From contig DASCPX010000071.1 of NCBI GenBank assembly GCA_036012755.1, positions 1 through 64,000 of the forward strand: 64,000 nucleotides of DNA, given 5' to 3'. Shown here one piece after another: positions 38,301 through 47,577 of this stretch. The first letter of the stretch is position 1; the number at the start of each line of letters is the position of its first letter. The translations under genes and the position numbers were made by a program. The stretch is from Myxococcota bacterium. GTDB lineage: Bacteria > Myxococcota_A > UBA796 > CAJQPC01. The notes below the pieces were generated by a model, which did not search any database, was not told where the DNA came from, and saw nothing but the letters and a program-made list of their open reading frames with translations.

Positions 38301-41300
38301 CTCACCGGCGAAGAGACGACGGACTTCGAGCGCCTGCGCGCAACGGAGATCTCCCAGCCGGCGACCCTGGCCGTCGACATCGCCCTGTTGCGTCTGCTCA
38401 ACGGCTACGGGCTCTACCCAGATGTCGTCGCCGGCCACAGCCTCGGCGAGTACGGGGCGCTCGTGGCCGCGGGTGCGATGAGCTTCCGCGACTCGCTGCT
38501 GGCCGTGACGGCGCGCGGGCGCGAGATGGCGCACATCCAGCTCGAGGACCCGGGGGCCATGGCCTCGATCGCGGCCAAGAGCAGGCTGGTGGCCGAGGTG
38601 CTCGTCGAGATCCCCGGCTACGTCGTCGCTGCCAACAAGAACAGCCCCAAGCAGACCGTCATCGCTGGCGCCACCGACGCCGTCGAGGCCGCCTGCGAGT
38701 CCTTCCGCAGCCGCGGGATCACCGTCTTCCCGCTTCCGGTCAGCCACGCCTTCCACAGCGCGATCGTCGCGCCGGCATCCGAACCCCTCGGCGAGGTGCT
38801 CGCGAAGCTGGACATCCGGGCGCCCCAGCGACCGATCACCACCAACGTCGACTCCCGCTGGTACCCGGACGATCCCGAGAAGATCGTCCAGCTTCTCGCC
38901 CGCCAGGTGGCCAGCCCGGTCGAGTGGGTCAACCAGATCGAGCGCATGTACGCCGACGGCACCCGCATCTTCGTGGAGTGCGGTCCCAAGCGTGCCCTCA
39001 CCGGCTTCACCTCGGCCATCCTCAAGGACCGCCCTCACCGCTCGCTCTCGACGAACCACCCGAAGCTCGGCGGTGAGCGCAGCTTCCGGGACTCCCTCGC
39101 CGGGCTCATCGCGATGGGCTTCCCGATCGACGCCGACGCCACCGAGGAGATCCCGGAGCTCCTCAGCGACCCCCGGCCGCGCTTCGCCACCAGCACGGCG
39201 CTGTCCGCCGTCACACCCGACGACGAGCTCCAGGCCACCCCCTACATCGTCGAGAACGTGCTCGAGGTCATCGGCGACCGGGTCGGAGTCGCTGGAGACG
39301 AGCTCGACATCGACATGGAGTTCGAGGCCGATCTCGGCATCGACACCGTCCGGCAGGCCGAGCTCGTCGCGGAGCTGCGCAGCCGCTTCCACCTTGAGCG
39401 CGAGGCCGGCTTCCTGTTGTCCGACCACCCCTCGATCCGCGCGCTCATCGACTACTTCGCCGCCCGCCTCGGCCAGTACGAGCCCCACTGGGATCGCTCG
39501 GCTCCAGCGGTGGCGACACAGCCTCGCCGGCGAGCGGAGCCCACCCCCACCCCCAGCGAGCCCTCCGTGGGTCCCGACGCCGTCCGGAACTTCCTCGAGA
39601 GCGTCGCCACGGCCGGCCTCGACGGTCTGGACGCCGGACACTTCGCCCAGGCACTGCTCCCAGCCATCCAGAGTCTCCTGACCGCCAGCTGGGCGGCCTT
39701 CGACGCCGCCCGTGTCGAGCCCGATCCGGAACCCGCCGGGGCCACCCTGGCCACGCAGCCGTCGGCCTCGGCGCGCATCGTCTGCACCGGAGCGGCCATC
39801 GGCCTCCCGGGCGGAGAGAGGGTCTTCGACGAGGACAACATCCAGTCCATCCTCCGCGGCGACCAGCGCATCGAGCGCATCGACGCGGGCTACCGCGAGC
39901 GCTTCCTCACAAAGAACCTCGTCCGCCTCGTGAAGGACGCCGCCGGTCAGGGCTCCTTCCTGCCCGTGACCGACGACGACCAGGTCATCCAGCTCGCCGG
40001 ACGCGCCGGCCACTTCGACCTCGCCGAGTACGGCGTGTCGGAGAGCTGGATCCTCGCGCTGGATCGCACGACGCAGCTGGCCTTTGCTGCCGGCCTGGAC
40101 ACTCTCCGCGACGCCGGGATCCCGCTGGTCCGCACCTACCACGAGACCGGCTCCGGCAAGCGCGTCGCGACCGGCTGGGCCCTGCCCGAGCCCCTCCGCG
40201 ATGGCACGGGGATCATCTTCGCCAGCGCCTTCCCGGGCCTCGACAAGCTGGTGGAGAAGATCCTCAGCGGCGGCGTCGACCACGACGGCCACTACGACCG
40301 TCGCTTCCTCTTCCAGGTCCTGTCGATGGGCCACTCCCAGTTCGCCCAGTTCATAGGGGCGCGCGGCCCGAACACCCAGGTGAACTCTGCCTGCGCGAGC
40401 ACGACCCTCGCGGTCGCCCTGGCCCAGGACTGGATCCGCCTCGGCCGCTGCGAGCGCGTGCTCGTCCTGGGCGCAGACGATGTCACGACGGACACCATGC
40501 TCGAGTGGATGGCCAGCGGCTTCATGGCCGCGGGGGCCGCGACGACCGAGGCCAACGTCGCAGACGCCGCGTTGCCCTTCGACCGCCGACGCCACGGGAT
40601 GATCCTCGGAATGGGCGCGGTGGGGCTGATGCTGGAGCGTCGCGAGGATGCGCTCGCCCGGGGCGTGATCCCCATCGCCGAGCTCCTCGGCAGTCGCATC
40701 GCGAACTCCGCCTTCCACGGCTCCCGCCTGGACGCGGAGCACATCGCCTGCGAGGTCGATCTCCTGGTCGCGGAGGCCTGCCAGAAGGAGGGCGCCAAGG
40801 CCGAAGACATGGCCAAGCGCACCATGTTCATGTCCCACGAGACCTACACGCCGGCCCGAGGAGGCAGCGCCGGCGCGGAGATCGCAGCCTTGCGGCGGGC
40901 CTTCGGGGATGCCGCGAACCAGGTCGTGGTCTCCAACACGAAGGGCTTCACGGGCCACGCCATGGGCGCCTCGATCGAGGACGCCATCGCCGTCAAGGCG
41001 CTTCAGTACCGCACGGTGCCGCCCATCCCGAACCTGAAGGAGCCCGATCCGGAGCTCGGCGACCTCCACCTGTCCGAGGGCGGGCACCACGAGGTCGACT
41101 ACGCCTTGCGCCTCGCCGCCGGTTTCGGCTCCCAGCTGGCTGTCAGCCTCTGGAAGAAGATCGCCAAGGGCGACCAGCGGACCTCTGACCGCGACACCCG
41201 GGAGGCCTGGCTCAGCGAGGTCACCGGCTACGACACCGTCGAGGTCGTGCTCGAGCAGCACACGCTCCGGGCGGTCGGGAGCGCCCCGGCGGCAGCCACC

Positions 41301-44300
41301 CCGGCGACTGCCGCCCCGGCCAGAGAGCCAGCATCGACCGACTCGATGCTGCAGCACCTCGTGGCGGTGGTGGCAGAGAAGACGGGCTACGACCCGGAGG
41401 AGATCGAGCCCGACTACGAGCTCGAGGCCGACCTCGGCATCGACACGGTCAAGCAGGCCGAGATCTTCAGCGAGGTCCGTGACCACTACGGGGTCGAGCG
41501 CGACGAGACCTTCGTCCTAGCCGAGTACCCGACCATCCAGGCGCTGGCGACCTGGCTCGCTTCGAAGGCACCTGGGCAGCCGACGCCCGAGGTGCTCTCC
41601 GAGTCCACCCTGACCCCTGAGCGCACCGTCAGCGGTGACGAGGTCCTCCAGCACCTCCTCGGCGTGATCTCCGAGAAGACCGGCTACGACCTCGAGGACC
41701 TCGATCCGGAGTACGAGCTCGAGGCCGATCTCGGCATCGACACGGTCAAGCAGGCCGAGATCTTCAGCGAGGTCCGCGCAACCTACGGTGTCGAGCGCGA
41801 CGACGACTTCGTCCTCGCCGAGTACCCGACGATCGCAGCGCTCGCCGGCTGGATGTCGAGCAAAGCAGACATCGATCCCGACTCCCCGACCCTGGATGCG
41901 CCTGCGATGCCGGACATCACGCCGGTCACCGCCAACAACGAGGTCCTCGACTACCTCCTGGGAGTGATCGGAGACAAGACGGGCTACGACCGCGACGACC
42001 TCGAGATCGACTACGAGCTCGAGGCCGACCTCGGCATCGACACGGTCAAGCAGGCCGAGATCTTCGGCGACGTTCGCGACCACTTCGGCGTGGAGCGCGA
42101 CGACAGCTTCGTCCTCGCCGAGTTCCCGACCATCGGCAAGCTGGCCGACTGGCTGGCCTCGCGCATCGGCGCCGCCCCTGCGGTCGTCCACCACGAGATC
42201 GAGGGTGACGACTACAGCGAGCCCGTCGAAGACGCGGTCAGCGAGCTGCCGACGAGCTTCTGGGTCAGGCGCCCGGTCCGCGTCGGGCGGCCCAGCATGA
42301 TCGAGGGCAACGTCCGCGGTCGTGCCATCAAGATCCTCGGAGACGGCCCCGTCCAGGAAGCTCTCGTAGAGGAGATCGCACGCCAGGGCGGCATGCTCGC
42401 GATGGGTGACCTGGCGCCGGACGCCGTCATCGACGTGGCGAGCGACGTGCTCGAGGCCTTCGCCGAGGCCAGGAAGCTGGTCGACGTGCCGGTGCGTGAC
42501 TGGCTGTGCCTCACGATGCTCGGCGAGCACGAAGGCATGACCCCTGACCAGGCCTTCTTCGACGGCAGCCGCTGCGGCTTCACGAAGGCCCTCGGCCGTG
42601 AGTGGAAGCAGTGCCACGCGCGGGTCGTCGACGCATCCCCCGACGTCGATCCCGACAGCATCGCCCGCATCCTCTGCGGGGAGCTCGCCACCCCCGACGG
42701 CGCGGTGGAGATCTTCCACGCCGCCAGCGGCACGCGCGAGGTCATGGAGCTCGCCGTAGAGGCCCACCCGCCGACCGGCCGATGCCCGGCCTCGAACCAG
42801 GTGGTCATCGTCACCGGCGGGGGCCGAGGCATCACCGCGTCGGTCGCCACGGAGCTCGCGCGGCGGGCCGGGAGCACCCTGGTCCTCGTGGGCCGCTCGC
42901 CGATGGGCGAGAGCCCCCTCGATGTGCGAAAGGAGAAGAAGCGGATCAAGAAGGGGCTGAAGGCGGCCGACCAGAAGCCGAGCCCCGCGAACGTCGAGCG
43001 ACTCCTCTGGCCCCTACGCAAGGCAGAGGAGATCCGGACCACCGTCGAGGAGCTGCGCGCCCTCGGCAGCACGGTCGAGTACAGGACCTGTGACATGGCG
43101 GACGCGCCCGCGGTCAAGGCCCTCGTGGCCGACGTGACCGCCCGCTTCGGCCGGGTGGACGGCTGCATCCACGGCGCTGGCGTAGAGGAGAGCCGTTTGA
43201 TCCAGGACAAGGACGCGGCGGCCTTCCACCGCGTCTTCGACGGCAAGGCCCTGGGTGGCCTCGCCTTGGCAGAGGCCCTCCCGGAAAAGGCCTGGCTCCT
43301 CTCCATGGGCTCTGTCGCTGGTCGCTTCGGGAACGAGGGACAGGTCGACTACAGCGCCGCGAACGAGGCGCTGGCGCAGGTCTGCCTCGCCCGGCCGCGC
43401 TCCCTGCACGTGGACTGGACGGCCTGGGCGGATGTCGGAATGGCCGTGCGTGGCGGAATGCAGCACCTGTTGGAGTCCCGCGGCCTCGAGCTGATGCCCG
43501 CGCTCGCCGGCGCCTCTCTGGCCGTCGACCTCATCGCGAGCCATGTCACGGGCGAGATCGTCGTGGCCGGCAAGCTCGGCGACTTCGTGCCCTCGCCCAA
43601 CCACCCCAAGCTCGACAGCATGGAGCTCGACGGCGACACCATCGTGGCGCGCTACACGCTGGAGCCCGAGCGCGACCCCTGGATCGACGATCACGCCATA
43701 GACGGAAAGCCCGTGCTTCCAGGCGTCATGGGGATCGAGCTGATGGCGGCTGCTGCCTCCCTGGCTCGCCCCGGCATGGTCTACACGGGGGTCGAGGACG
43801 TGAAGTTCGAGCGACCGGTGAAGGTCTATCGAAACTCGCCGGTGCACCTCGAGATGCGCGCTCAGCCCCAGGATGACGGGCGGGTGTGGTGCTCGCTGAC
43901 CAGCGAACGCAGGACCAGGGCAAAGAAGCTCATCCGCACGGAGCACTTCTCGTGCTCCATCCTGCTGGACCAGCGTCCGCAGATCGACCAGCTGCCGCCG
44001 GCCTTCTGGCCAGAAGACTCGATCTCGCGAGGCGACATCTACCGCCGCTTCTTCCACGGACCCGCCTTCCAGGTCCTCCGCGGCGCCGATGGGGTGACCC
44101 GGGACGGCCTCCAGTGCAGCGGACGCGTAGACCACGCCTACATCGCGGAGGGCATGCTGACCTCGCCGCTGGCCCTCGAGGCGGCATTCCAGGCGGCCGG
44201 ACTGCACGCCATGGTCTCCGACGGCGCGATGGCGCTCCCCCAATCGATCGAGGCCCTGTGGGTCTCGCGCAGGGTGCGGGATGGCGAGGATCTCGTCCTC

Positions 44301-45119
44301 ACCGTGCTCCACCGCGCCGACGGCGCCTACGACGTGGACGTGGACGGTGAAGACGACCGCCTGATGAGTCTCCGTGGTTTCCGCATGATCGAGAAGGGTC
44401 CGCTGCCCGACGGCCGCAGGTTCAGCGAGCCCGACGAGGGCTGGGCGGACACCGCCTTCGGCACCATGACCGTCGTGCAGACAGAGGGCGTCCAGGCCTG
44501 CCTCCGCAGCGCGGAGGTCGGAGAGGACACCACTGGGTGGCTCAGCGAAGAGGAGCTCGCGGAGCTCCGGTCCCGCGGCACCGAGAAACGCGTCGGCGAC
44601 CGCATCGCTGGCCGCATCGCCGCCAAGCGCGCCGTGGGAGCCCTCACCGGCGCCGACCCGCTGACGATGGAGATCTCGAACCTCGCCAGCGGCGAGCCGG
44701 TCGTACGGATCGACGGCGAGCCAGGTCCGCAGATCTCGATCTCCCACAGCGGTGGGCGCGCCGTGGCGCTGGCCAGCCGCGCCGAACGGGTGGGGATCGA
44801 CCTGGAACAGATCGAGGAGCGCCACCCTGCCTTCCTCGACGAGTGGTTCAGCGAGGACGAGCGGACACTGTTCGCTGGTGACGCCGCGCTCATCACCACC
44901 GCGTGGGCCGCGAAGGAGGCCGTGCTGAAGGCACTCGGACGAGGGATGGCCCTCGATCCGCGACAGATCGAGATCCGCGCCGTCGTGGCCGGTCGAGTGG
45001 AAGTCATCCTGCGCGACGACGTCGCCGCTACGCACGCGGCCCTCGGCGGGGGGGAGCTCACGCTCTCTGCCCGGATCGAGGGCGGCACGGTTTTGGTAGA
45101 GGCGCGTATCGCGGCATGA
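35385..45119 (+). CDS. Type I PKS/FAS (PfaA-related): degenerate ER - KS - AT - ACP - KS - ACP x3 - KR - DH - PPTase, 3244 aa
   Basis: KS1: DAACASS, ECHGT, KSQIGH. AT: GQGSQ, GHSLG, HAFH. ACPs: EADLGIDT. KS2: NSACAST, SHETYT, KGFTGH. KR: TGGGRGI, DYSAAN. DH: DHAIDGKPVLPG. PPTase: SISHS, GIDLE, WAAKEA. Start trimmed to ATG 35385. Confidence 0.93.
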   Translation: MKLFVRLPAEVASLAESVLSTGAIPLIDLTSSWTEEVHPGAWVRVRPDQKAPGTGPVVLCSAGRKPRGRQTWLEVREARPCPKNFEGLFVVGREAGGFCGSEDGLSLLDQCTGRLVLDASVGPDTAASAAALGAEGVVLAEQLWGLNELGLGPHLRRLVERATDTSTHVVNGFRVAASPISPAIRRLVAGLDAYEASEGWFAADDPVGLAVPAGQGIALARTLAERHGDLCGVLDAYARACVEWEQRVGSVVAWQDSSAPRGRTSIALRASNGRSFVADPSGAVGSAVLWQIAAWEGLPITGTPLMAAAAVGAPVLALQGALADVRTVYTPTITPADPEPAPATTPAVDEPVAIVGLGCVLPQAHDVASFWRNVTGGVNCIREVPEDRWDPALFFDADRSVPDKTYAKVGAFVTDFRFDSKKYRIPPKVAASIDPVQKMALEAVGQALEDAGVTGDSAIDRSRVAVILGNSMGGGEFRDNSTLRVFTPAMQAALAEVPEFAALPDEIREAVLDGWVTRFKQGFPSITEDSMPGELSNVIAGRIANAFDLGGPNFTVDAACASSMAAIQAAVKGLQDGDFDLVVTGGSDRTMDPPTFTKFSKIGALSPDHSSPFDASADGFVMGEGCGILVLKRLSDAEGDGDRVYAVFQGFGASSDGKGKGITAPNIEGQKRALRRAYADAGLDPVEVDLMECHGTSTVVGDKIEVEALTEVVGAGRRGARGPIRIGSVKSQIGHLKSAAAAASIIKVALALHHKTLPPSINFREPREDLPLQQIPLQVQTSAEPWLAEGWRRAAGVSAFGFGGTNFHAVLVEHIPGLVPAADAPARSARVELVERDLPVGIWAVSAQNLSGLSRALDRIERGEKAPWKPSMPVRLAAAADTIEERQDQIARARKAISKGRGFDLLRMRSIHLEDGPCDGKLALLFTGQGSQYLGMGLDLEDRFPIVGATFDEADSICVRELGHSIRDFIRGLTGEETTDFERLRATEISQPATLAVDIALLRLLNGYGLYPDVVAGHSLGEYGALVAAGAMSFRDSLLAVTARGREMAHIQLEDPGAMASIAAKSRLVAEVLVEIPGYVVAANKNSPKQTVIAGATDAVEAACESFRSRGITVFPLPVSHAFHSAIVAPASEPLGEVLAKLDIRAPQRPITTNVDSRWYPDDPEKIVQLLARQVASPVEWVNQIERMYADGTRIFVECGPKRALTGFTSAILKDRPHRSLSTNHPKLGGERSFRDSLAGLIAMGFPIDADATEEIPELLSDPRPRFATSTALSAVTPDDELQATPYIVENVLEVIGDRVGVAGDELDIDMEFEADLGIDTVRQAELVAELRSRFHLEREAGFLLSDHPSIRALIDYFAARLGQYEPHWDRSAPAVATQPRRRAEPTPTPSEPSVGPDAVRNFLESVATAGLDGLDAGHFAQALLPAIQSLLTASWAAFDAARVEPDPEPAGATLATQPSASARIVCTGAAIGLPGGERVFDEDNIQSILRGDQRIERIDAGYRERFLTKNLVRLVKDAAGQGSFLPVTDDDQVIQLAGRAGHFDLAEYGVSESWILALDRTTQLAFAAGLDTLRDAGIPLVRTYHETGSGKRVATGWALPEPLRDGTGIIFASAFPGLDKLVEKILSGGVDHDGHYDRRFLFQVLSMGHSQFAQFIGARGPNTQVNSACASTTLAVALAQDWIRLGRCERVLVLGADDVTTDTMLEWMASGFMAAGAATTEANVADAALPFDRRRHGMILGMGAVGLMLERREDALARGVIPIAELLGSRIANSAFHGSRLDAEHIACEVDLLVAEACQKEGAKAEDMAKRTMFMSHETYTPARGGSAGAEIAALRRAFGDAANQVVVSNTKGFTGHAMGASIEDAIAVKALQYRTVPPIPNLKEPDPELGDLHLSEGGHHEVDYALRLAAGFGSQLAVSLWKKIAKGDQRTSDRDTREAWLSEVTGYDTVEVVLEQHTLRAVGSAPAAATPATAAPAREPASTDSMLQHLVAVVAEKTGYDPEEIEPDYELEADLGIDTVKQAEIFSEVRDHYGVERDETFVLAEYPTIQALATWLASKAPGQPTPEVLSESTLTPERTVSGDEVLQHLLGVISEKTGYDLEDLDPEYELEADLGIDTVKQAEIFSEVRATYGVERDDDFVLAEYPTIAALAGWMSSKADIDPDSPTLDAPAMPDITPVTANNEVLDYLLGVIGDKTGYDRDDLEIDYELEADLGIDTVKQAEIFGDVRDHFGVERDDSFVLAEFPTIGKLADWLASRIGAAPAVVHHEIEGDDYSEPVEDAVSELPTSFWVRRPVRVGRPSMIEGNVRGRAIKILGDGPVQEALVEEIARQGGMLAMGDLAPDAVIDVASDVLEAFAEARKLVDVPVRDWLCLTMLGEHEGMTPDQAFFDGSRCGFTKALGREWKQCHARVVDASPDVDPDSIARILCGELATPDGAVEIFHAASGTREVMELAVEAHPPTGRCPASNQVVIVTGGGRGITASVATELARRAGSTLVLVGRSPMGESPLDVRKEKKRIKKGLKAADQKPSPANVERLLWPLRKAEEIRTTVEELRALGSTVEYRTCDMADAPAVKALVADVTARFGRVDGCIHGAGVEESRLIQDKDAAAFHRVFDGKALGGLALAEALPEKAWLLSMGSVAGRFGNEGQVDYSAANEALAQVCLARPRSLHVDWTAWADVGMAVRGGMQHLLESRGLELMPALAGASLAVDLIASHVTGEIVVAGKLGDFVPSPNHPKLDSMELDGDTIVARYTLEPERDPWIDDHAIDGKPVLPGVMGIELMAAAASLARPGMVYTGVEDVKFERPVKVYRNSPVHLEMRAQPQDDGRVWCSLTSERRTRAKKLIRTEHFSCSILLDQRPQIDQLPPAFWPEDSISRGDIYRRFFHGPAFQVLRGADGVTRDGLQCSGRVDHAYIAEGMLTSPLALEAAFQAAGLHAMVSDGAMALPQSIEALWVSRRVRDGEDLVLTVLHRADGAYDVDVDGEDDRLMSLRGFRMIEKGPLPDGRRFSEPDEGWADTAFGTMTVVQTEGVQACLRSAEVGEDTTGWLSEEELAELRSRGTEKRVGDRIAGRIAAKRAVGALTGADPLTMEISNLASGEPVVRIDGEPGPQISISHSGGRAVALASRAERVGIDLEQIEERHPAFLDEWFSEDERTLFAGDAALITTAWAAKEAVLKALGRGMALDPRQIEIRAVVAGRVEVILRDDVAATHAALGGGELTLSARIEGGTVLVEARIAA
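41345..42170 (+). repeat. Three tandem ACP-coding repeats (spacing 297 and 300 nt)
   Basis: Near-identical tacgagctcgaggccga(c/t)ctcggcatcgacacggtcaagcaggccgagatcttc at about 41415, 41712 and 42012. Confidence 0.9.
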
Positions 45120-45157
45120 TCGCCCCTACAGGCCGGTCGGCGGCTTGAGGAGCGCTC

Positions 45158-45730
45158 GTGGAGGCCCGCATCTTCGACAAGAACGTCTCGCTCATCCGGG
45201 TCCACACGCCACGGGAGCTCTTGCCCTACCGGGCCAGCTTCGTGGGCTGCTACCAGACGGTCTGGAGCGAGCCGCCCTACGACGAAGAGTTCTACCCCTA
45301 CGAAGCCGAGGCCGTGCTGCGGCGTCAGCTCCAGTCGCCAGGCCACATCACGCTGCTCGCGGTCCGTGGCCTCTCCACCGTGGTCGGCTTCGGCTTCGCC
45401 GCGCCGCTCAAGAGCCGCCCGGAGGTGGCGCGGCACATGGGCGGTCTCCTCCTCGCCGAGCACACGATGTACCTCGCCGAGCTGGGCGTCCTGCGCGACT
45501 ACCGGGGTCTGGGGCTGGGCGGGGCGATGGTCGAAGAGCGCCTCGCGGCGATCGACCGACAGCTCTTCGCCCACGCCCTGTTGCGGACCTCGGCGACCAA
45601 GAACGCTGGCTACGAGATGTACCTCTCCCGAGGCTTCGACGACATCGGGGTGTACATGGAGGTCCCGTCTCGGCGCATCGGAGGCACCGTCCGCACCGAC
45701 CGTCGGTTGTTCTTGAGCAAAGTCCTCTGA
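45158..45730 (+). CDS. GNAT-family N-acyltransferase
   Basis: YLAELGVLRDYRGLGLG acyl-CoA binding motif and C-terminal MYLSRGF. Confidence 0.85.
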   Translation: MEARIFDKNVSLIRVHTPRELLPYRASFVGCYQTVWSEPPYDEEFYPYEAEAVLRRQLQSPGHITLLAVRGLSTVVGFGFAAPLKSRPEVARHMGGLLLAEHTMYLAELGVLRDYRGLGLGGAMVEERLAAIDRQLFAHALLRTSATKNAGYEMYLSRGFDDIGVYMEVPSRRIGGTVRTDRRLFLSKVL

Positions 45731-45775
45731 TCAGGGTGAACAACCGCCGCGGCCCGCGGCTACTGTTGTCGTCTC

Positions 45776-46582
<807 letters not shown>

Positions 46583-46588
46583 GGGGTC

Positions 46589-47557
46589 TCAGCGGAGCTC
46601 GTCGGCCAACGCCTCTGCGATGAGCTCGCCGATCAGTCGATGACCCGCCGCCGAGGGGTGGACGTCGTCCAGCATCGTGGAGGGGGGCAGGCCCGCGAAG
46701 TGCGGGGGGGTGTCCACCAAGGTGGCGCCAAGGTCCGCTGCGACCGCACGCATGGTGTCCCGATAGGCCGGGCGTGGCTTCTCGAGGTCCCTCCCGTCCA
46801 GGTCCCGGTCCGAGGGGAGGACCACGAAGACCGGCCGGGCGCCAGCGTCCTCCGCTGCACCCGCGAGGCCATGGAGGTTGTCTTCGTAGGCTGACAGCGG
46901 GACCCGATTCATGATCGGCTCGTCGCCGCCGAGGCGCCACTCCACGACCTGGGCTGCCTCTCCACCGTGGGCGATGGTGTCCAGCAGGCGGAACAGGGCG
47001 CTGCGCTGGAGGACCACCCGGAGGGCGGCGGCTCGCTCCGGGAAGACCACCGCGTCGGGGGGGCCCAGCTGGCTGTCGCTCCAGATGGTGCAGATGAGCA
47101 GCACGTCCGCACCCTGGTCGTAGAGCCGATGGCGGAACAAGCGGCTGGCCTGCTCGCTCGAGTAGCCAGGCACGCCGCCGTTGTAGGCATCCACCGACCT
47201 GCCCAGCTCCCGCTCGAGGTTCCTGGCCGCGACAGCGCTGAAGACCTGCTCGTCGCCGACGAGCACACCAAAGACCGTAGAGTCGCCGAGCGACATGAGC
47301 CTGAGGCTGCCCGGAGCCTTCGGGTGGGGCTGCGGGTTGCGTGTTCCCAGGTCGTTGATGGTCGTCTCCTCTGGCGACCCGAACATGCGCCGCTGCCCGG
47401 GGACCGGCTCCCAGCCCAGGAGCGCGGAGCCCTGCATCGTGTCGTCCTGAGGCGAGCTCCGGTGGATGGGCGGAGCAAGGGGCATCGCCCCCAGCTCGAG
47501 GAGGACCAGGACGACGACAACCGCGATCAGGGCGAAGAGGGGCTTCCGGCGGCTCAC
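46589..47557 (-). CDS. SGNH/GDSL hydrolase family protein, membrane-anchored
   Basis: Motifs LGDS, NGGVPGYS and DDVHP; N-terminal TM. Confidence 0.88.
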   Translation of the reverse strand: MSRRKPLFALIAVVVVLVLLELGAMPLAPPIHRSSPQDDTMQGSALLGWEPVPGQRRMFGSPEETTINDLGTRNPQPHPKAPGSLRLMSLGDSTVFGVLVGDEQVFSAVAARNLERELGRSVDAYNGGVPGYSSEQASRLFRHRLYDQGADVLLICTIWSDSQLGPPDAVVFPERAAALRVVLQRSALFRLLDTIAHGGEAAQVVEWRLGGDEPIMNRVPLSAYEDNLHGLAGAAEDAGARPVFVVLPSDRDLDGRDLEKPRPAYRDTMRAVAADLGATLVDTPPHFAGLPPSTMLDDVHPSAAGHRLIGELIAEALADELR

Positions 47558-47577
47558 CAGGCGAGCCTATCGGTCCC

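Noticed and set aside
41345..42170. ~300-nt direct repeats as a mobile element or DGR template/variable repeat
   Set aside because: They are explained by tandem ACP domains. There is no reverse transcriptase or transposase in the window.
36336..45035. Long minus-strand ORFs inside the PKS (e.g. 37944-41486, 43014-45035)
   Set aside because: Antisense shadow frames of the PKS.
30173..45119. Ammonia-lyases as starter-unit suppliers for the PKS
   Set aside because: There is no CoA ligase or adenylation domain in the window, an unrelated opposite-strand gene intervenes, and the SH motif points to histidine.
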